A stretch of 64,000 bases of DNA from Spirochaetota bacterium (lineage in GTDB: Bacteria; Spirochaetota; Spirochaetia; Treponematales; Rectinemataceae): NCBI GenBank assembly GCA_022704665.1, contig JAKJFY010000001.1, positions 1,686 through 65,685 on the forward strand, written 5' to 3'. The position numbers and the translations under genes were made by a program. The notes under the pieces are model-generated. The model was not told where the DNA came from, searched no databases, and saw only the letters and a program-made list of their open reading frames with translations. This document shows, piece after piece, positions 21,115-30,743 of this stretch. The first letter of the stretch is position 1. Every line of letters starts with the position of its first letter.

Positions 21115-21786
21115 TCATCTAAAATCGACAATCGAGAGTAGTTCTTGTGGTGATGATATAAGATAATCTGCTCCGGCAAGCTCGAGCTCTTTTCTAGATC
21201 GATAACCGTATAGGGCACCCGCTGCCGCCATTCCTGCTGCTTTGGCCGTCTGCATATCGACGGCCGAATCGCCTACGAATAGGCTTTGTTGGGGATTTGC
21301 TTTTGCAATACGACAGAGTTCGAGCGCAGCGCTTGGATCGGGCTTACGAGCTCGATTTTTGTTATCTCCCCAAATAGCTATGAAATCGACAGAGACAAAA
21401 AGAGATTCGATTATCTTTTTTGAAAGATGATCTGGCTTGTTCGAGAGAACAGCGAGCCTTACTCCATTTCTATAGAGGGATTCAAGCGTTTCGATCATGC
21501 CTGGGAAAGGCCTTGTTTCATCCAGAACATGCTCTTCATATCTCTGCATGGAAAGTCTGAGGATTCTGTCAAAGAGTATATAGTCATTGGATTTGTCCTG
21601 CGGAAGGACTCTTTCGACAAGAACCCGAAAACCATCGCCTACCATCTGCTTATAATCTGAGATTTTGTGGATTGGGAGGTCGAACTGGGATAGCACGAAA
21701 TTCACTGATGACGCAATATCGGCGATGGTGTCGGCAAGTGTTCCATCGAGATCGAATATGATAAGTTTAGGCTTTGATTTTTGCAA
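21115..21786 (-). CDS. HAD-family hydrolase (phosphoglycolate phosphatase-like)
   Basis: FDLDGTL, SNK, KPDP, VGDSAVD. Confidence 0.9.
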   Translation of the reverse strand: MQKSKPKLIIFDLDGTLADTIADIASSVNFVLSQFDLPIHKISDYKQMVGDGFRVLVERVLPQDKSNDYILFDRILRLSMQRYEEHVLDETRPFPGMIETLESLYRNGVRLAVLSNKPDHLSKKIIESLFVSVDFIAIWGDNKNRARKPDPSAALELCRIAKANPQQSLFVGDSAVDMQTAKAAGMAAAGALYGYRSRKELELAGADYLISSPQELLSIVDFR

Positions 21787-21824
21787 TTCGAGGACTCCGA
21801 CTCTTAGAGATTGTAGATTTCCGC

Positions 21825-22175
21825 CTATTCTCTGGATTGTATGTTGAGATCGCTTTCTTTCCCGCCCTTTAATTTATATAGACTTTCTTTCTCGTCGATG
21901 AGGCGATCCATGTCTTTGAGTTCTCTTATTATAGGCTCGATCTCGGGCGTCGAAGAGCCTATCATGGGTTCATTTTTCTCTATTAGAAGATTATAGACTT
22001 CTGCGCCGAGCTTTGCGGTGAGGGATTGCGCTTTCGTTCTCAATTGCATAATTTCGATTTTTAATTTACCCATTTCGCCCCAGACTTGAGCCTGATCGGC
22101 CGCTTTTTCCAAGAATTCTCTCGACGCTTCAGCACTGTTTTCCATAAATTTCTTCAGCTTTTCTGAAAAGTCCAT
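21825..22175 (-). CDS. Hypothetical coiled-coil protein
   Basis: AGGAG RBS upstream, 116 aa helical ORF. Confidence 0.8.
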   Translation of the reverse strand: MDFSEKLKKFMENSAEASREFLEKAADQAQVWGEMGKLKIEIMQLRTKAQSLTAKLGAEVYNLLIEKNEPMIGSSTPEIEPIIRELKDMDRLIDEKESLYKLKGGKESDLNIQSRE

Positions 22176-22364
22176 TTTAATCTCCTTTAATAGAAAAATG
22201 ATAAGCTAAGTTTCATCGATACAATAATATCAGATAATGAAATTAGCAATATGATCGAGCATATGAACAGCAAAAACAGAAGCTTATACTAGTTGTCATT
22301 AAGCCTCAGTCAACAATCGTTTGGCTTTTGCGGAATAGACTCAAATACAGTATATTTAAATATA

Positions 22365-23294
22365 ATGGGGGTATATGAAGTGTTGTGGACTTATATTATT
22401 TTTGCGGTCCTTTCTGCATGGTGGATAGTCTTTATCACAATCGCGGCGGTGCGAAAGCAAAAACCTGTCTTTGTATTCCTCCTTGTACTATTCCTGGTAT
22501 GGGGAATCCCGGAGATCGTATTGATGGTAATTTCTCCTCCGGTAGCAGCTATTTTGTTTATCGTGCCTTTCATAATTCTAATTCAGATGATGCGCGTCGT
22601 ACAGGAATATCAGCGAGGGGTATTGTTTCGATTTGGTCGCTCACAAAAAGTGGTTGAGCCGGGATTCAACCTCATTTTGCCATTCGGTATCGATTCGCTT
22701 CGCAGGGTTGATATGCGTACGTTCACCATAGATGTTCCAAAGCAGGAAGTAATAACACGAGACAATGTGCCTGTCATTGTGGATGCTGTAGTATACTTCA
22801 ATGTATTCGATCCCATGCTCGCCGTGGTAAAAATAGCAGATTATACCAAGAGCACCAGTCTCCTTGCACAGACGATCCTGCGATCGGTGCTTGGTCAGCA
22901 TGAGCTCGATGAAATGCTCTCTCAAAGAGCTCAATTGGGACAAGTGCTTCAAAAACTTCTGGATGAAGCTACTGATCCATGGGGTATTAAAGTCTCGGCA
23001 GTCGAGATAAAAGCAATCGAACTAGCGGAGACCATGAAAAGAGCAATGGCCAGGCAAGCGGAGGCAGAGCGAGAGAGAAGAGCGAAGATTATTGCGGCCG
23101 AAGGAGAGCTTCAGGCATCCGAAAAACTAGCCAAAGCCGCCGATATATTGGCGCAATCTCCAGCCAGCTTGCAGCTCCGATACCTTCAAACACTTACAGA
23201 AATTGCAGTTGAAAAAAACTCAACTATAGTATTTCCTCTGCCAATGGACTTATTGAAGGTTATCTCCAAAGCCGCAGAAAAGAGTTCGGAATGA
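22365..23294 (+). CDS. SPFH/stomatin (slipin) family protein
   Basis: [47 protein letters not shown]; exact start uncertain. Confidence 0.92.
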   Translation: MGVYEVLWTYIIFAVLSAWWIVFITIAAVRKQKPVFVFLLVLFLVWGIPEIVLMVISPPVAAILFIVPFIILIQMMRVVQEYQRGVLFRFGRSQKVVEPGFNLILPFGIDSLRRVDMRTFTIDVPKQEVITRDNVPVIVDAVVYFNVFDPMLAVVKIADYTKSTSLLAQTILRSVLGQHELDEMLSQRAQLGQVLQKLLDEATDPWGIKVSAVEIKAIELAETMKRAMARQAEAERERRAKIIAAEGELQASEKLAKAADILAQSPASLQLRYLQTLTEIAVEKNSTIVFPLPMDLLKVISKAAEKSSE

Positions 23295-23758
23295 AGTGCC
23301 CCTATTGCGGAAGTCTTGAAGACAAGGTTATAGACTCTAGAACATTGGCCAACGGAGAAGCCATAAGAAGGCGCAGAGAATGCACTTCCTGTGGGCTTCG
23401 TTTTACCAGTTATGAACGCATTGAAGAAAAACCTCTCCTTGTTATAAAAAGAGACGGCAGGCGAGAGCCCTTCGAGAGACAGAAGATCGAACGAGGTCTT
23501 GTCCGAGCTTTAGAGAAAAGGCCTATTTCCCAGATGTCCATCGAGAATCTCGTAAATGAGATAGAAGATGAGGCTGCGGAACATGCCAAAGCCTCTAATG
23601 AGATCTCGAGCGAAGAATTGGGTCGAATTGTTCTGCAAAAGCTCTACTCACTAGACAAAGTTGCCTATATTCGTTTTGCATCGGTGTATAGAAAATATGA
23701 CACCCTCGATGAATTCATTGACGAAATAGAACACCTAGAAAAAGGACAGACTGGCTAG
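23291..23758 (+). CDS. nrdR: Transcriptional repressor NrdR
   Basis: [19 protein letters not shown]-cone, [10 protein letters not shown]. Confidence 0.97.
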   Translation: MKCPYCGSLEDKVIDSRTLANGEAIRRRRECTSCGLRFTSYERIEEKPLLVIKRDGRREPFERQKIERGLVRALEKRPISQMSIENLVNEIEDEAAEHAKASNEISSEELGRIVLQKLYSLDKVAYIRFASVYRKYDTLDEFIDEIEHLEKGQTG

Positions 23759-23800
23759 CATATCGTTGCCATCTATTGCGTTTCTCCTACGCTTCTTCTA

Positions 23801-25897
23801 CTACTCTTCTTCCGCTTCTTGTGTCTTGAATGCTTGGGCTGCCTTTATCACATCTTCTGCGATCTTTCCAGAGATAGGCGCATAATGCGAGAATTCCACT
23901 TCGAAAGAACCTGTACCAGAGGTCATTGATCGTAGATCGATTGCATAGCGCAAAAGCTCTGCTTGAGGAACTTGTGCATCTATCTGAACGATACCGCCGC
24001 CTATGGGATTCTGGCCAGATATTTTTCCACGGCGTCCTGATAGATCGGACATTACATCGCCAAGGTATTTATCTTCTACAAAGACAGATAGATTCATGAT
24101 CGGCTCAAGCAAAACTGGACTTGCTTGCCTCATAGCCTCGCGAAAAGCGCCTCTAGCGGCAAGCTTGAATGCCATTTCAGAGGAATCGACAGGATGCTCT
24201 TTTCCATCGATGATTGCTGTTTTGGTGTCGACTACAGGATATCCAGCTAGCACGCCGGCTTCCATGGCTTGGCGGATGCCCTTTTCTATGCCTGGCATAA
24301 AGCCCTTGGATACTGCACCACCAAAAATCCTATTTTCGAACTCATAATCTTTTCCACGTTCCAACGGTTCGATTTCAAATACTACCCGAGCATATTGGCC
24401 ATGCCCCCCAGTCTGTTTCTTATGAGTATATTCCGCAGTCGCTTTCTTGGTTATTGTTTCTCTATAAGCTACGCGAGGAATTCTGGTTTCTGCTGCGATC
24501 TTCGATTGGGATTTTATTTTGTCGAGTATCATGTTGATCTGCTGTTCGCCCATACCAGATATTACAGTTTCTTTTGTCTCGGGATTATAGCTCACTCGGA
24601 AAGTTAGGTCCTCTTCTGCGGCCCTATTTAGCAACTCGTTGAGTTTATCTTCTTCTTTTTTATTCACTGCGGAAATTGCTAACATGTGGACAGGAGAAGG
24701 TAGCTGCAGTGGTGCATAGGAGATTGGCTTATCGAATTGGCTGATTGTGTCATTTGTTTTTAGAGAAAGAATCTTGGCAAGGATGCCGATATCGCCCGCA
24801 GGAAGAGAAGGTATTTCCTCGAGTTTTTTTCCTTGCATAGTATAGAGTTTTCCTATCCGCTCTTTGTGTAGATCGCGGCTTACTACCATATCCATATCGG
24901 AAAGGATGGTTCCCGTTATTGCTTTGATATAAGAAAGTCGACCAGAAAATTGATCGATCTGGGTTTTGAATACAAAAGCCGAGGCAGGCTTCGAAGGATC
25001 GATAGACATCTCTACATCGTTGCCATCTTGATCCTTAGCCTTTTCTGGTGCGCGGGCAAAAGGGGATGGTGCGCTCTGCAAAATAAAATCTATGAATGCG
25101 GCGGTACCGCTGTTCACAAGGCCAGCTCCGGCAAAGGCGGGAATGATCTTGCCTTCGGCAAGAGCTTCCTTAAGACCGAGTAGGGTTTCTTCTTGAGTAA
25201 GCTCGCCTTCGATAAGGTATTTTTCCATGAGTTCATCGTTTCCTTCCGCCGCGGCTTCAGATAGAAGAGCACGGGCGGATTCCACCGCTTCAGAATACTC
25301 GGCTGGCACTTCGCTGGGCACTTCCTTTTGATCATGAGAGCTAGGCCTTATATATGCCTTGTTATTTAGCACATCTATTATTCCCTTGAAAGAGGTGCCT
25401 TCTCCCATAGGAATTGTCACAGCAACAGGAGTGACACGGAATTTTTCTTTGATGTCAGCAAGGGTATTCGAGAAATTGGCTCTATCTTCATCGAGACGAG
25501 TTACGAACATCATTCTTGGTCTCTTATGGCGCTCTAATATTCTCCAGAGTTTTACCGTTTCAATTTGCACACCAGATTTGCCATCGATGACGAGCAGGGC
25601 TGTTTCGGTCGAACGGATAGCCAGAATTGCTTCTCCGACAAAATCGCCAGCACCGGGAGCATCTATGAAGTTGATTTTGCAGTCATCGGTGTTGACATGC
25701 GTAAGACTCGAGCGAACTGATATCTTGCGCGCAATCTCGTCTTCGCTATAATCGCTGACGGTTTTGCCCGAATCTACCGTTTCCGGTTTAGATATCATTC
25801 CGCCCTGAAAGAGAATGTGCTCAAGCAGCGTCGTTTTTCCTGTGCTACCATGTCCAATGATAGCTATGTTACGAATCTGTTCCGTGGTATAGGACAT
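23801..25897 (-). CDS. Elongation factor G paralog (EF-G2/FusA2-like)
   Basis: Full five-domain EF-G with divergent G motifs (GHGSTGKT, DAPG, TRLD); KKQTGGHGQY, HPVDSSEMAF; not in the str operon. Confidence 0.9.
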   Translation of the reverse strand: MSYTTEQIRNIAIIGHGSTGKTTLLEHILFQGGMISKPETVDSGKTVSDYSEDEIARKISVRSSLTHVNTDDCKINFIDAPGAGDFVGEAILAIRSTETALLVIDGKSGVQIETVKLWRILERHKRPRMMFVTRLDEDRANFSNTLADIKEKFRVTPVAVTIPMGEGTSFKGIIDVLNNKAYIRPSSHDQKEVPSEVPAEYSEAVESARALLSEAAAEGNDELMEKYLIEGELTQEETLLGLKEALAEGKIIPAFAGAGLVNSGTAAFIDFILQSAPSPFARAPEKAKDQDGNDVEMSIDPSKPASAFVFKTQIDQFSGRLSYIKAITGTILSDMDMVVSRDLHKERIGKLYTMQGKKLEEIPSLPAGDIGILAKILSLKTNDTISQFDKPISYAPLQLPSPVHMLAISAVNKKEEDKLNELLNRAAEEDLTFRVSYNPETKETVISGMGEQQINMILDKIKSQSKIAAETRIPRVAYRETITKKATAEYTHKKQTGGHGQYARVVFEIEPLERGKDYEFENRIFGGAVSKGFMPGIEKGIRQAMEAGVLAGYPVVDTKTAIIDGKEHPVDSSEMAFKLAARGAFREAMRQASPVLLEPIMNLSVFVEDKYLGDVMSDLSGRRGKISGQNPIGGGIVQIDAQVPQAELLRYAIDLRSMTSGTGSFEVEFSHYAPISGKIAEDVIKAAQAFKTQEAEEE

Positions 25898-25959
25898 AAT
25901 AACTCCTCACAGGGTGGGATGGTTTTAAAATTTCCTCTTTTATTTAAGGAAGACGAGCT

Positions 25960-25987
25960 ATTATAATTCAAAAGCCGCAGGTGTCAA
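25960..25987 (-). promoter_or_regulatory. Consensus sigma70 promoter for the EF-G paralog
   Basis: Minus strand TTGACA-N16-TATAAT. Confidence 0.75.
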
Positions 25988-26014
25988 CAGCAGCCTGGCA
26001 AATATACTTAGGAT

Positions 26015-26815
26015 TTATCTATGACCGGTGCTTGCGGGCATGAGGGCAATACAGTCGAATATAGTCCGTCCTCCCTGAAAAGCAGTAGCACTTCGCCGGA
26101 TAATCCGCCAAAGCCCATTCTGATATTTACCCTCAGTTTCAATCCTTTCGGCCAAGCCCGGAGTTGTCTCGATAAAATTCATGAGTTCGAGATTTTGCGT
26201 AAGCGCAAGTGGTCTCATGCCTACCCCGGCTATGATCGAAACCGGTTCGATTATAAGATTTGACAGCTCTGGTACGGGCTGAGTTGCCATAGCCGCTTTT
26301 GCTTGAAGGCGAATCATTCTAGCTCTAGCATCGGGTCCGGCTGTCTCTTTGCTTACTGATATTAGATCCAGCAAATAATTACGAACATCATTCAATTCTT
26401 TTATTGTGGACAATTTATCTATTTCTGGGGAGGATTTGAGGACCTTGGCCAAAGTTGATATTTCTCGAAGATAGTGGTTTCGCTGATTAGAAGGAACTAA
26501 GTACATAACTATTATCGAGACAGGCATGCCATCCGGAGCTCCATAATCGATGCCTGATGGGCTCCATCCCACTACGCACATCAAGTCTTCTTCGAATTCC
26601 ACACGCGCATGAGGACAAGCCCACCTTTTGCCGAGAGCGGTGTTCATCGATTTTTCCCTTGCCATCACATTGCCCACAATATCGGTTCCAGTGGGAATTT
26701 GCGGAAAGGCTTCGATTATGTGAGCGAGAAACTGGAGCGCATGATCCTTATCATTTTCGGGAAGCTCAAAAAGCCTACCTTCCTGGAGGGCATCGAGTAT
26801 CGAGTCCATGGTCAT
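26015..26815 (-). CDS. PTS EIIA (Fru/Ntr-type) domain protein with C-terminal extension
   Basis: AREKSMNTALGKRWACPHAR with conserved His, GIDYGAPDGMPV; ATGA overlap with mgtA stop. Confidence 0.85.
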   Translation of the reverse strand: MTMDSILDALQEGRLFELPENDKDHALQFLAHIIEAFPQIPTGTDIVGNVMAREKSMNTALGKRWACPHARVEFEEDLMCVVGWSPSGIDYGAPDGMPVSIIVMYLVPSNQRNHYLREISTLAKVLKSSPEIDKLSTIKELNDVRNYLLDLISVSKETAGPDARARMIRLQAKAAMATQPVPELSNLIIEPVSIIAGVGMRPLALTQNLELMNFIETTPGLAERIETEGKYQNGLWRIIRRSATAFQGGRTIFDCIALMPASTGHR

Positions 26816-29466
26816 GCTCCTTCAAAATGTTTAAAAAACCAGCATTTCACTTTATGCGTGATAATCGAATAGGCCAGAAGAAATGCCACTATCCAAACCC
26901 AATAGATACCCGGGAGAGGAACAAGGCCGAGAATGCTTGCTATGGGAGAGTATGGTAGCCAGATTCCAATTCCCATCACCACCAGTGTTGCAAGAATCAT
27001 CGGAGCCGAAGCCCTGCTCTGAAAGAAAGGGATGCGCTTAGTCCGAATTATGTGGACAATGAGAGTCTGTGTCAGCAGTGACTCTACAAACCAGCCCGTC
27101 TGAAAAAGACTGGCTGTAGCATTCCGTTGTGCAAATGAAAGGGCAGGGTTCAGATAGTCTTTTGCATTGAATAAAAACCACATAAGCGCGAAAGTCGCAT
27201 AATCGAAGATCGAGCTAATTGGTCCAATACACATCATAAATCGCTTTATATTGTCGATATCCCATCTTACTGGTTTTGCGACCAATTCTGGATCGACATT
27301 GTCCATAGGTATGCCAGTCTGTGAGATATCATAAAGTAGATTGTTGGCGAGTATTTGAAGAGGCCTCATAGGAAGGAAGGGCAGAAGAAAGCTTGCTCCC
27401 AGCACGCTGAACATATTGCCAAAATTCGAGCTTGCTCCCATTCGGATGTATTTGATTATATTGGAGAATATACGTCTGCCTTCCATGATACCTTCTTCCA
27501 GCACTAGAAGACTCTTTTCCAGCAATACTATATCCGCTGCTTCCTTAGCAACATCTACCGCCGAATCAACCGATATTCCCACATCGGCTGCTTTTAGAGC
27601 AGTCGCATCGTTTATCCCGTCTCCTAAATACCCGACTACATTACCCTGGTGGCGCAATTCTCTTACTATCTCTTCTTTCTGGTTTGGAGTTAGCTTGACA
27701 AAAACCTCACATTTCCTGACTTTTTCGGAGAAAGCTTCTTTCTCGAGCGCGGCCAGCTCAGGTCCGGCTATAGAGGAGGTAAAAGGAATACCAACATCCC
27801 TGCATACTTTCTTAGTCACAAGGCCGTTGTCGCCAGTTAGAACCTTTACTTCCACACCAGTCTTGGAAAGGAGTTCAATGGCTTTGGTTGCTGATTCCTT
27901 CGGAGGATCGATAAACGCAATATACCCCAGCAGGATCAGTTGGTTTTCGTCTTGAACGGTAAAGGTTGTCTTTTCACGAGGAAATTCACGATAGGCTATG
28001 CCCAGAACCCTGAACCCTTCGGTATTTAACTTTTCTACATCCTCGAAGAGGTCCGCGCGGATCATATCTATCAGAGGATAGATTTCCTCATCTATCTGGT
28101 AATAAGAACAACAACTGTATATCTCTTCGACTGCTCCCTTGCAGATGAGGACGTTATCCCCTTCGTATTCTACGACTACCGACATTCGGCGACGCTGAAA
28201 ATCGAATGGAAGCTCATCCACAAGTCGACATTCGTCGACATTGAGATCAACATGCTCTAGGACGGCTCTATCTAGGAGGTTTTTAAGGCCTGTCTGAAAG
28301 TAGCTATTTAGATAGGCGTAGTTAAGGACCTCATCGCTCTTGTTCCCAATGATATCCACATGATGTTCGAGTACTACTCGATCCTGTGTCAGAGTACCTG
28401 TTTTGTCAGTGCATAGGATATTTATAGCGCCAAGATTCTGGATAGATGGCAGTTTCTTTACTATGACCTTCTTTTTCGCCATCGCCAGAGCTCCCTTGGC
28501 AAGGTTCACAGTGACGATCATGGGGAGCATTTCAGGAGTAAGCCCCACTGCTACAGATAAAGCGAAGAGCAGCGCTTCGAGCCAATTCCCTTTGGTTATT
28601 CCAACGATCAAGAATACGACGCTGACCATAACGAGCATGAGGCGAATCATGAGCCACGTGAAGGAACGTATGCCTTTATCGAAACTGCTTTCCTCACGGC
28701 GCTCTATGAGCTTTTTCGAAATAGCACCGAAAAGCGTGTTTGTACCTGTGGAAACGACTATAGCCCGGGCTGTTCCACTAGTAACGCTTGTACCCATAAA
28801 GCAGGCATTAGGCAATTCGATCGCCGATTTTATTGTACCTGTTGGCAGAGCAGCAGATTTTTCTACAGGCATCGATTCTCCTGTCAAGGCTGATTCGCTT
28901 ACAAAAAAGTCTTTTGCCCAAATTATTCGCACATCTGCTGGTACTATTGCGCCAGTCTGGAGAAGCACGATATCCCCAGGCACGACTTCAGACATTCTGA
29001 TTTCTGTTTCTACTTCGTTCCTAAGTGCATAGGTACGGGACTGCACACGCTTGCCCAGGGACTCGACCTCTCTATTGGATCTACTGTCTAAGATATAAGA
29101 GAGTCCTACACTCAATAGGATCATTGCCCCCACAACAATAGCGGATTGCATTTCTCCAATGAGAGCAGAAATCAGTGCTATAACGAGAAGCTGAATGACA
29201 AGAGGATTTTTGAAACGGTCTAGCATATCTTCCCAGAAATTGAGCTTTTTCAGTTGTGCAATTTCATTTTTGCCAAACTCCGAAAGCCTTTTGTCAGCTT
29301 CCTTTTCGGAAAGACCCTGCGGACTCGATTCGAGCGTCTCAAATACACTCTGAAGCGGAGCCAAGCAGATGGAAATCAGCCTGCTCTCATTTTCGCTAGA
29401 GACACTACCATTCTTCGTCTTATTCTTTTTCTTTATGGAAGGTAAAATCAGTGGGAATTTAGCCAT
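26812..29466 (-). CDS. mgtA: Mg2+-importing P-type ATPase
   Basis: TGES, VGLTPEMLP, DKTGTLT, LPFDFQRRR, GDGIND, SSNFGN, FQTGWFVESL. Confidence 0.96.
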   Translation of the reverse strand: MAKFPLILPSIKKKNKTKNGSVSSENESRLISICLAPLQSVFETLESSPQGLSEKEADKRLSEFGKNEIAQLKKLNFWEDMLDRFKNPLVIQLLVIALISALIGEMQSAIVVGAMILLSVGLSYILDSRSNREVESLGKRVQSRTYALRNEVETEIRMSEVVPGDIVLLQTGAIVPADVRIIWAKDFFVSESALTGESMPVEKSAALPTGTIKSAIELPNACFMGTSVTSGTARAIVVSTGTNTLFGAISKKLIERREESSFDKGIRSFTWLMIRLMLVMVSVVFLIVGITKGNWLEALLFALSVAVGLTPEMLPMIVTVNLAKGALAMAKKKVIVKKLPSIQNLGAINILCTDKTGTLTQDRVVLEHHVDIIGNKSDEVLNYAYLNSYFQTGLKNLLDRAVLEHVDLNVDECRLVDELPFDFQRRRMSVVVEYEGDNVLICKGAVEEIYSCCSYYQIDEEIYPLIDMIRADLFEDVEKLNTEGFRVLGIAYREFPREKTTFTVQDENQLILLGYIAFIDPPKESATKAIELLSKTGVEVKVLTGDNGLVTKKVCRDVGIPFTSSIAGPELAALEKEAFSEKVRKCEVFVKLTPNQKEEIVRELRHQGNVVGYLGDGINDATALKAADVGISVDSAVDVAKEAADIVLLEKSLLVLEEGIMEGRRIFSNIIKYIRMGASSNFGNMFSVLGASFLLPFLPMRPLQILANNLLYDISQTGIPMDNVDPELVAKPVRWDIDNIKRFMMCIGPISSIFDYATFALMWFLFNAKDYLNPALSFAQRNATASLFQTGWFVESLLTQTLIVHIIRTKRIPFFQSRASAPMILATLVVMGIGIWLPYSPIASILGLVPLPGIYWVWIVAFLLAYSIITHKVKCWFFKHFEGA

Positions 29467-29469
29467 AGT

Positions 29470-29660
29470 TCACCTCACATTGCTGTCAATCTCTCCTGAC
29501 AGAAGGAGGTGAATGGCATAGGACAAAATGTAGCTCTATGCTTTTTCGATACCAGCTGCCAGGTGAGATGGTCGCGGGAATGGATCTTCGGGCTCGGTAA
29601 AGATGCAGTGACTATGACTGCCATCCGAGTCGTTCATGACACATCCTCCTTTCTGCTGGG
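29470..29660 (-). promoter_or_regulatory. Structured mgtA 5' leader (candidate Mg2+-responsive translational switch)
   Basis: Anti-SD TTCACCTC pairs with the mgtA SD GAGGTGAA around a CTGTCA/TGACAG stem; alternative pairing with upstream CAGAAAGGAGG; further stems GCAGT/ACTGC, CTCGG/CCGAG, GCATAG/CTATGC. Confidence 0.7.
29536..29637 (-). CDS. Putative 33-aa leader peptide (MNDSDGSHSHCIFTEPEDPFPRPSHLAAGIEKA)
   Basis: Strong AAAGGAGG SD; four Pro codons clustered in EPEDPFPRP; ends 69 nt before the mgtA start. Confidence 0.6.
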   Translation of the reverse strand: MNDSDGSHSHCIFTEPEDPFPRPSHLAAGIEKA

Positions 29661-29832
29661 ATTTAATAAAATTGGAATTCACTTTAATATGCATCATAAT
29701 ATGGCTATAGTCAAGCCCTAGATGAGGATTTGCAGCCCTTGATCTTTGGTGTGCTCTTTATAAGCGCCCATTTGGAGAATCCAGATATCTTGACAGTTAG
29801 CCCGTTTTTCAATTAGCCTACAACGCTGAAAT

Positions 29833-29905
29833 CGGGACGTAGCCTAGGGGCTAAGGCGTCTGCTTTGGGAGCAGAAGATCGGAGGTTCAAATCCTCTCGT
29901 CCCGA
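29833..29905 (+). tRNA. tRNA-Pro(TGG)
   Basis: CGGGACG...CGTCCCGA cloverleaf, anticodon loop TTTGGGA. Confidence 0.96.
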
Positions 29906-29985
29906 ATATGGCTTTTGGATGCGGCGAAAAAGCAGCCTCTTTTAGCCATTGTGCTTTTTTTGCTTTTTGTTTTGCACTTCTCAAT

Positions 29986-30059
29986 GGGATCATAGCTCAA
30001 CTGGATAGAGCAACTGCCTTCTAAGCAGTAGGTCGCGCGTTCGAGTCGCGCTGGTCCCA
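29986..30059 (+). tRNA. tRNA-Arg(TCT)
   Basis: GGGATCA...TGGTCCCA cloverleaf, anticodon loop CTTCTAA. Confidence 0.96.
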
Positions 30060-30170
30060 TAAGGAATTACAACATATCATTGCGTTAAGATGGCCATTGT
30101 TACTTAGGGGTTCCTGAACAATCGTTAAAGTCTTTTATAACAATAGAATATTTGCTAAAATAATCCCATA

Positions 30171-30214
30171 AAGTGCACGAAAAACGAGAGAAAAGGTTCA
30201 AAATCCGTGCACTT
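30171..30214. repeat. 9-bp inverted repeat, possible integrase arm-type or accessory site
   Basis: AAGTGCACG-N26-CGTGCACTT about 110 bp from the tRNA-Arg 3' end. Confidence 0.45.
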
Positions 30215-30278
30215 GAAAGCTCAAAGCCGCATATGCGGCCAATCGCGCTATGAAGTGTTAATATTTTGATCTCATTTA

Positions 30279-30521
30279 TTAGCCTTCATCATTTGCTGAT
30301 CCATTATATAATACTTCTCCTGTATTCTTTGAAACAAAAACTATTGTACTACTTTTAAGCTCGCATAATTCTTTACTATGGATATAAATATGCCAACAAT
30401 CTTCTTTCGGTTCATTATATATAATCCATTTCCTTTGTGGGTTTTCATTAATTTCAAGCAAATTAATATCTATATTTAATTTATCAGAAACAATTTTGAT
30501 TGCTTGTTCTTCAGTTATCAT
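30279..30521 (-). CDS. Hypothetical protein, integron cassette 3
   Basis: AT-rich ORF, GGAG RBS before ATG 30521, just downstream of an attC R' box. Confidence 0.8.
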   Translation of the reverse strand: MITEEQAIKIVSDKLNIDINLLEINENPQRKWIIYNEPKEDCWHIYIHSKELCELKSSTIVFVSKNTGEVLYNGSANDEG

Positions 30522-30570
30522 TAGTTTCTCCAACAATTTTTGTAAATATTAATTGACGCGCAAAGCGTCA

Positions 30571-30685
30571 AGCTAACATTCGCTTAACCGGTAACGCGTC
30601 CATTGGCGCGGAGTTTGCTATAACGAGTGTAGCGAGTCGCAAACTCCGTGACAACAGGCGAGTCTAGTTAAAGCCTTTGTTATGT
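30571..30685 (-). other. Integron attC site (115 bp)
   Basis: Minus strand: R'' ACATAAC-aaagg-L'' CTTTAACT ... L' GGTTAAG-cgaat-R' GTTAGCT; internal inverted repeat GCGGAGTTTGC/GCAAACTCCGT. Confidence 0.9.
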
Positions 30686-30743
30686 TAAAGCAAGTTATTT
30701 CTTATCGCGCCTAATGACCGGAGGCCAAGACGCAATACATACT

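Noticed and set aside
27416-29032. Long antisense ORFs (179 and 209 aa) in mgtA, and similar ones in other housekeeping genes
   Set aside because: Shadow frames opposite well-conserved genes with no motifs or RBS
29490-29560. Canonical M-box (ykoK) riboswitch
   Set aside because: Short words (GCAGCTGG, TTGTCCTATGCCAT) recall the M-box 3' half, but the 5' consensus is not visible; needs an Infernal search
29509-29721. 70-aa plus-strand ORF upstream of mgtA
   Set aside because: Antisense shadow of the mgtA leader and promoter; its apparent SD is the complement of the anti-SD
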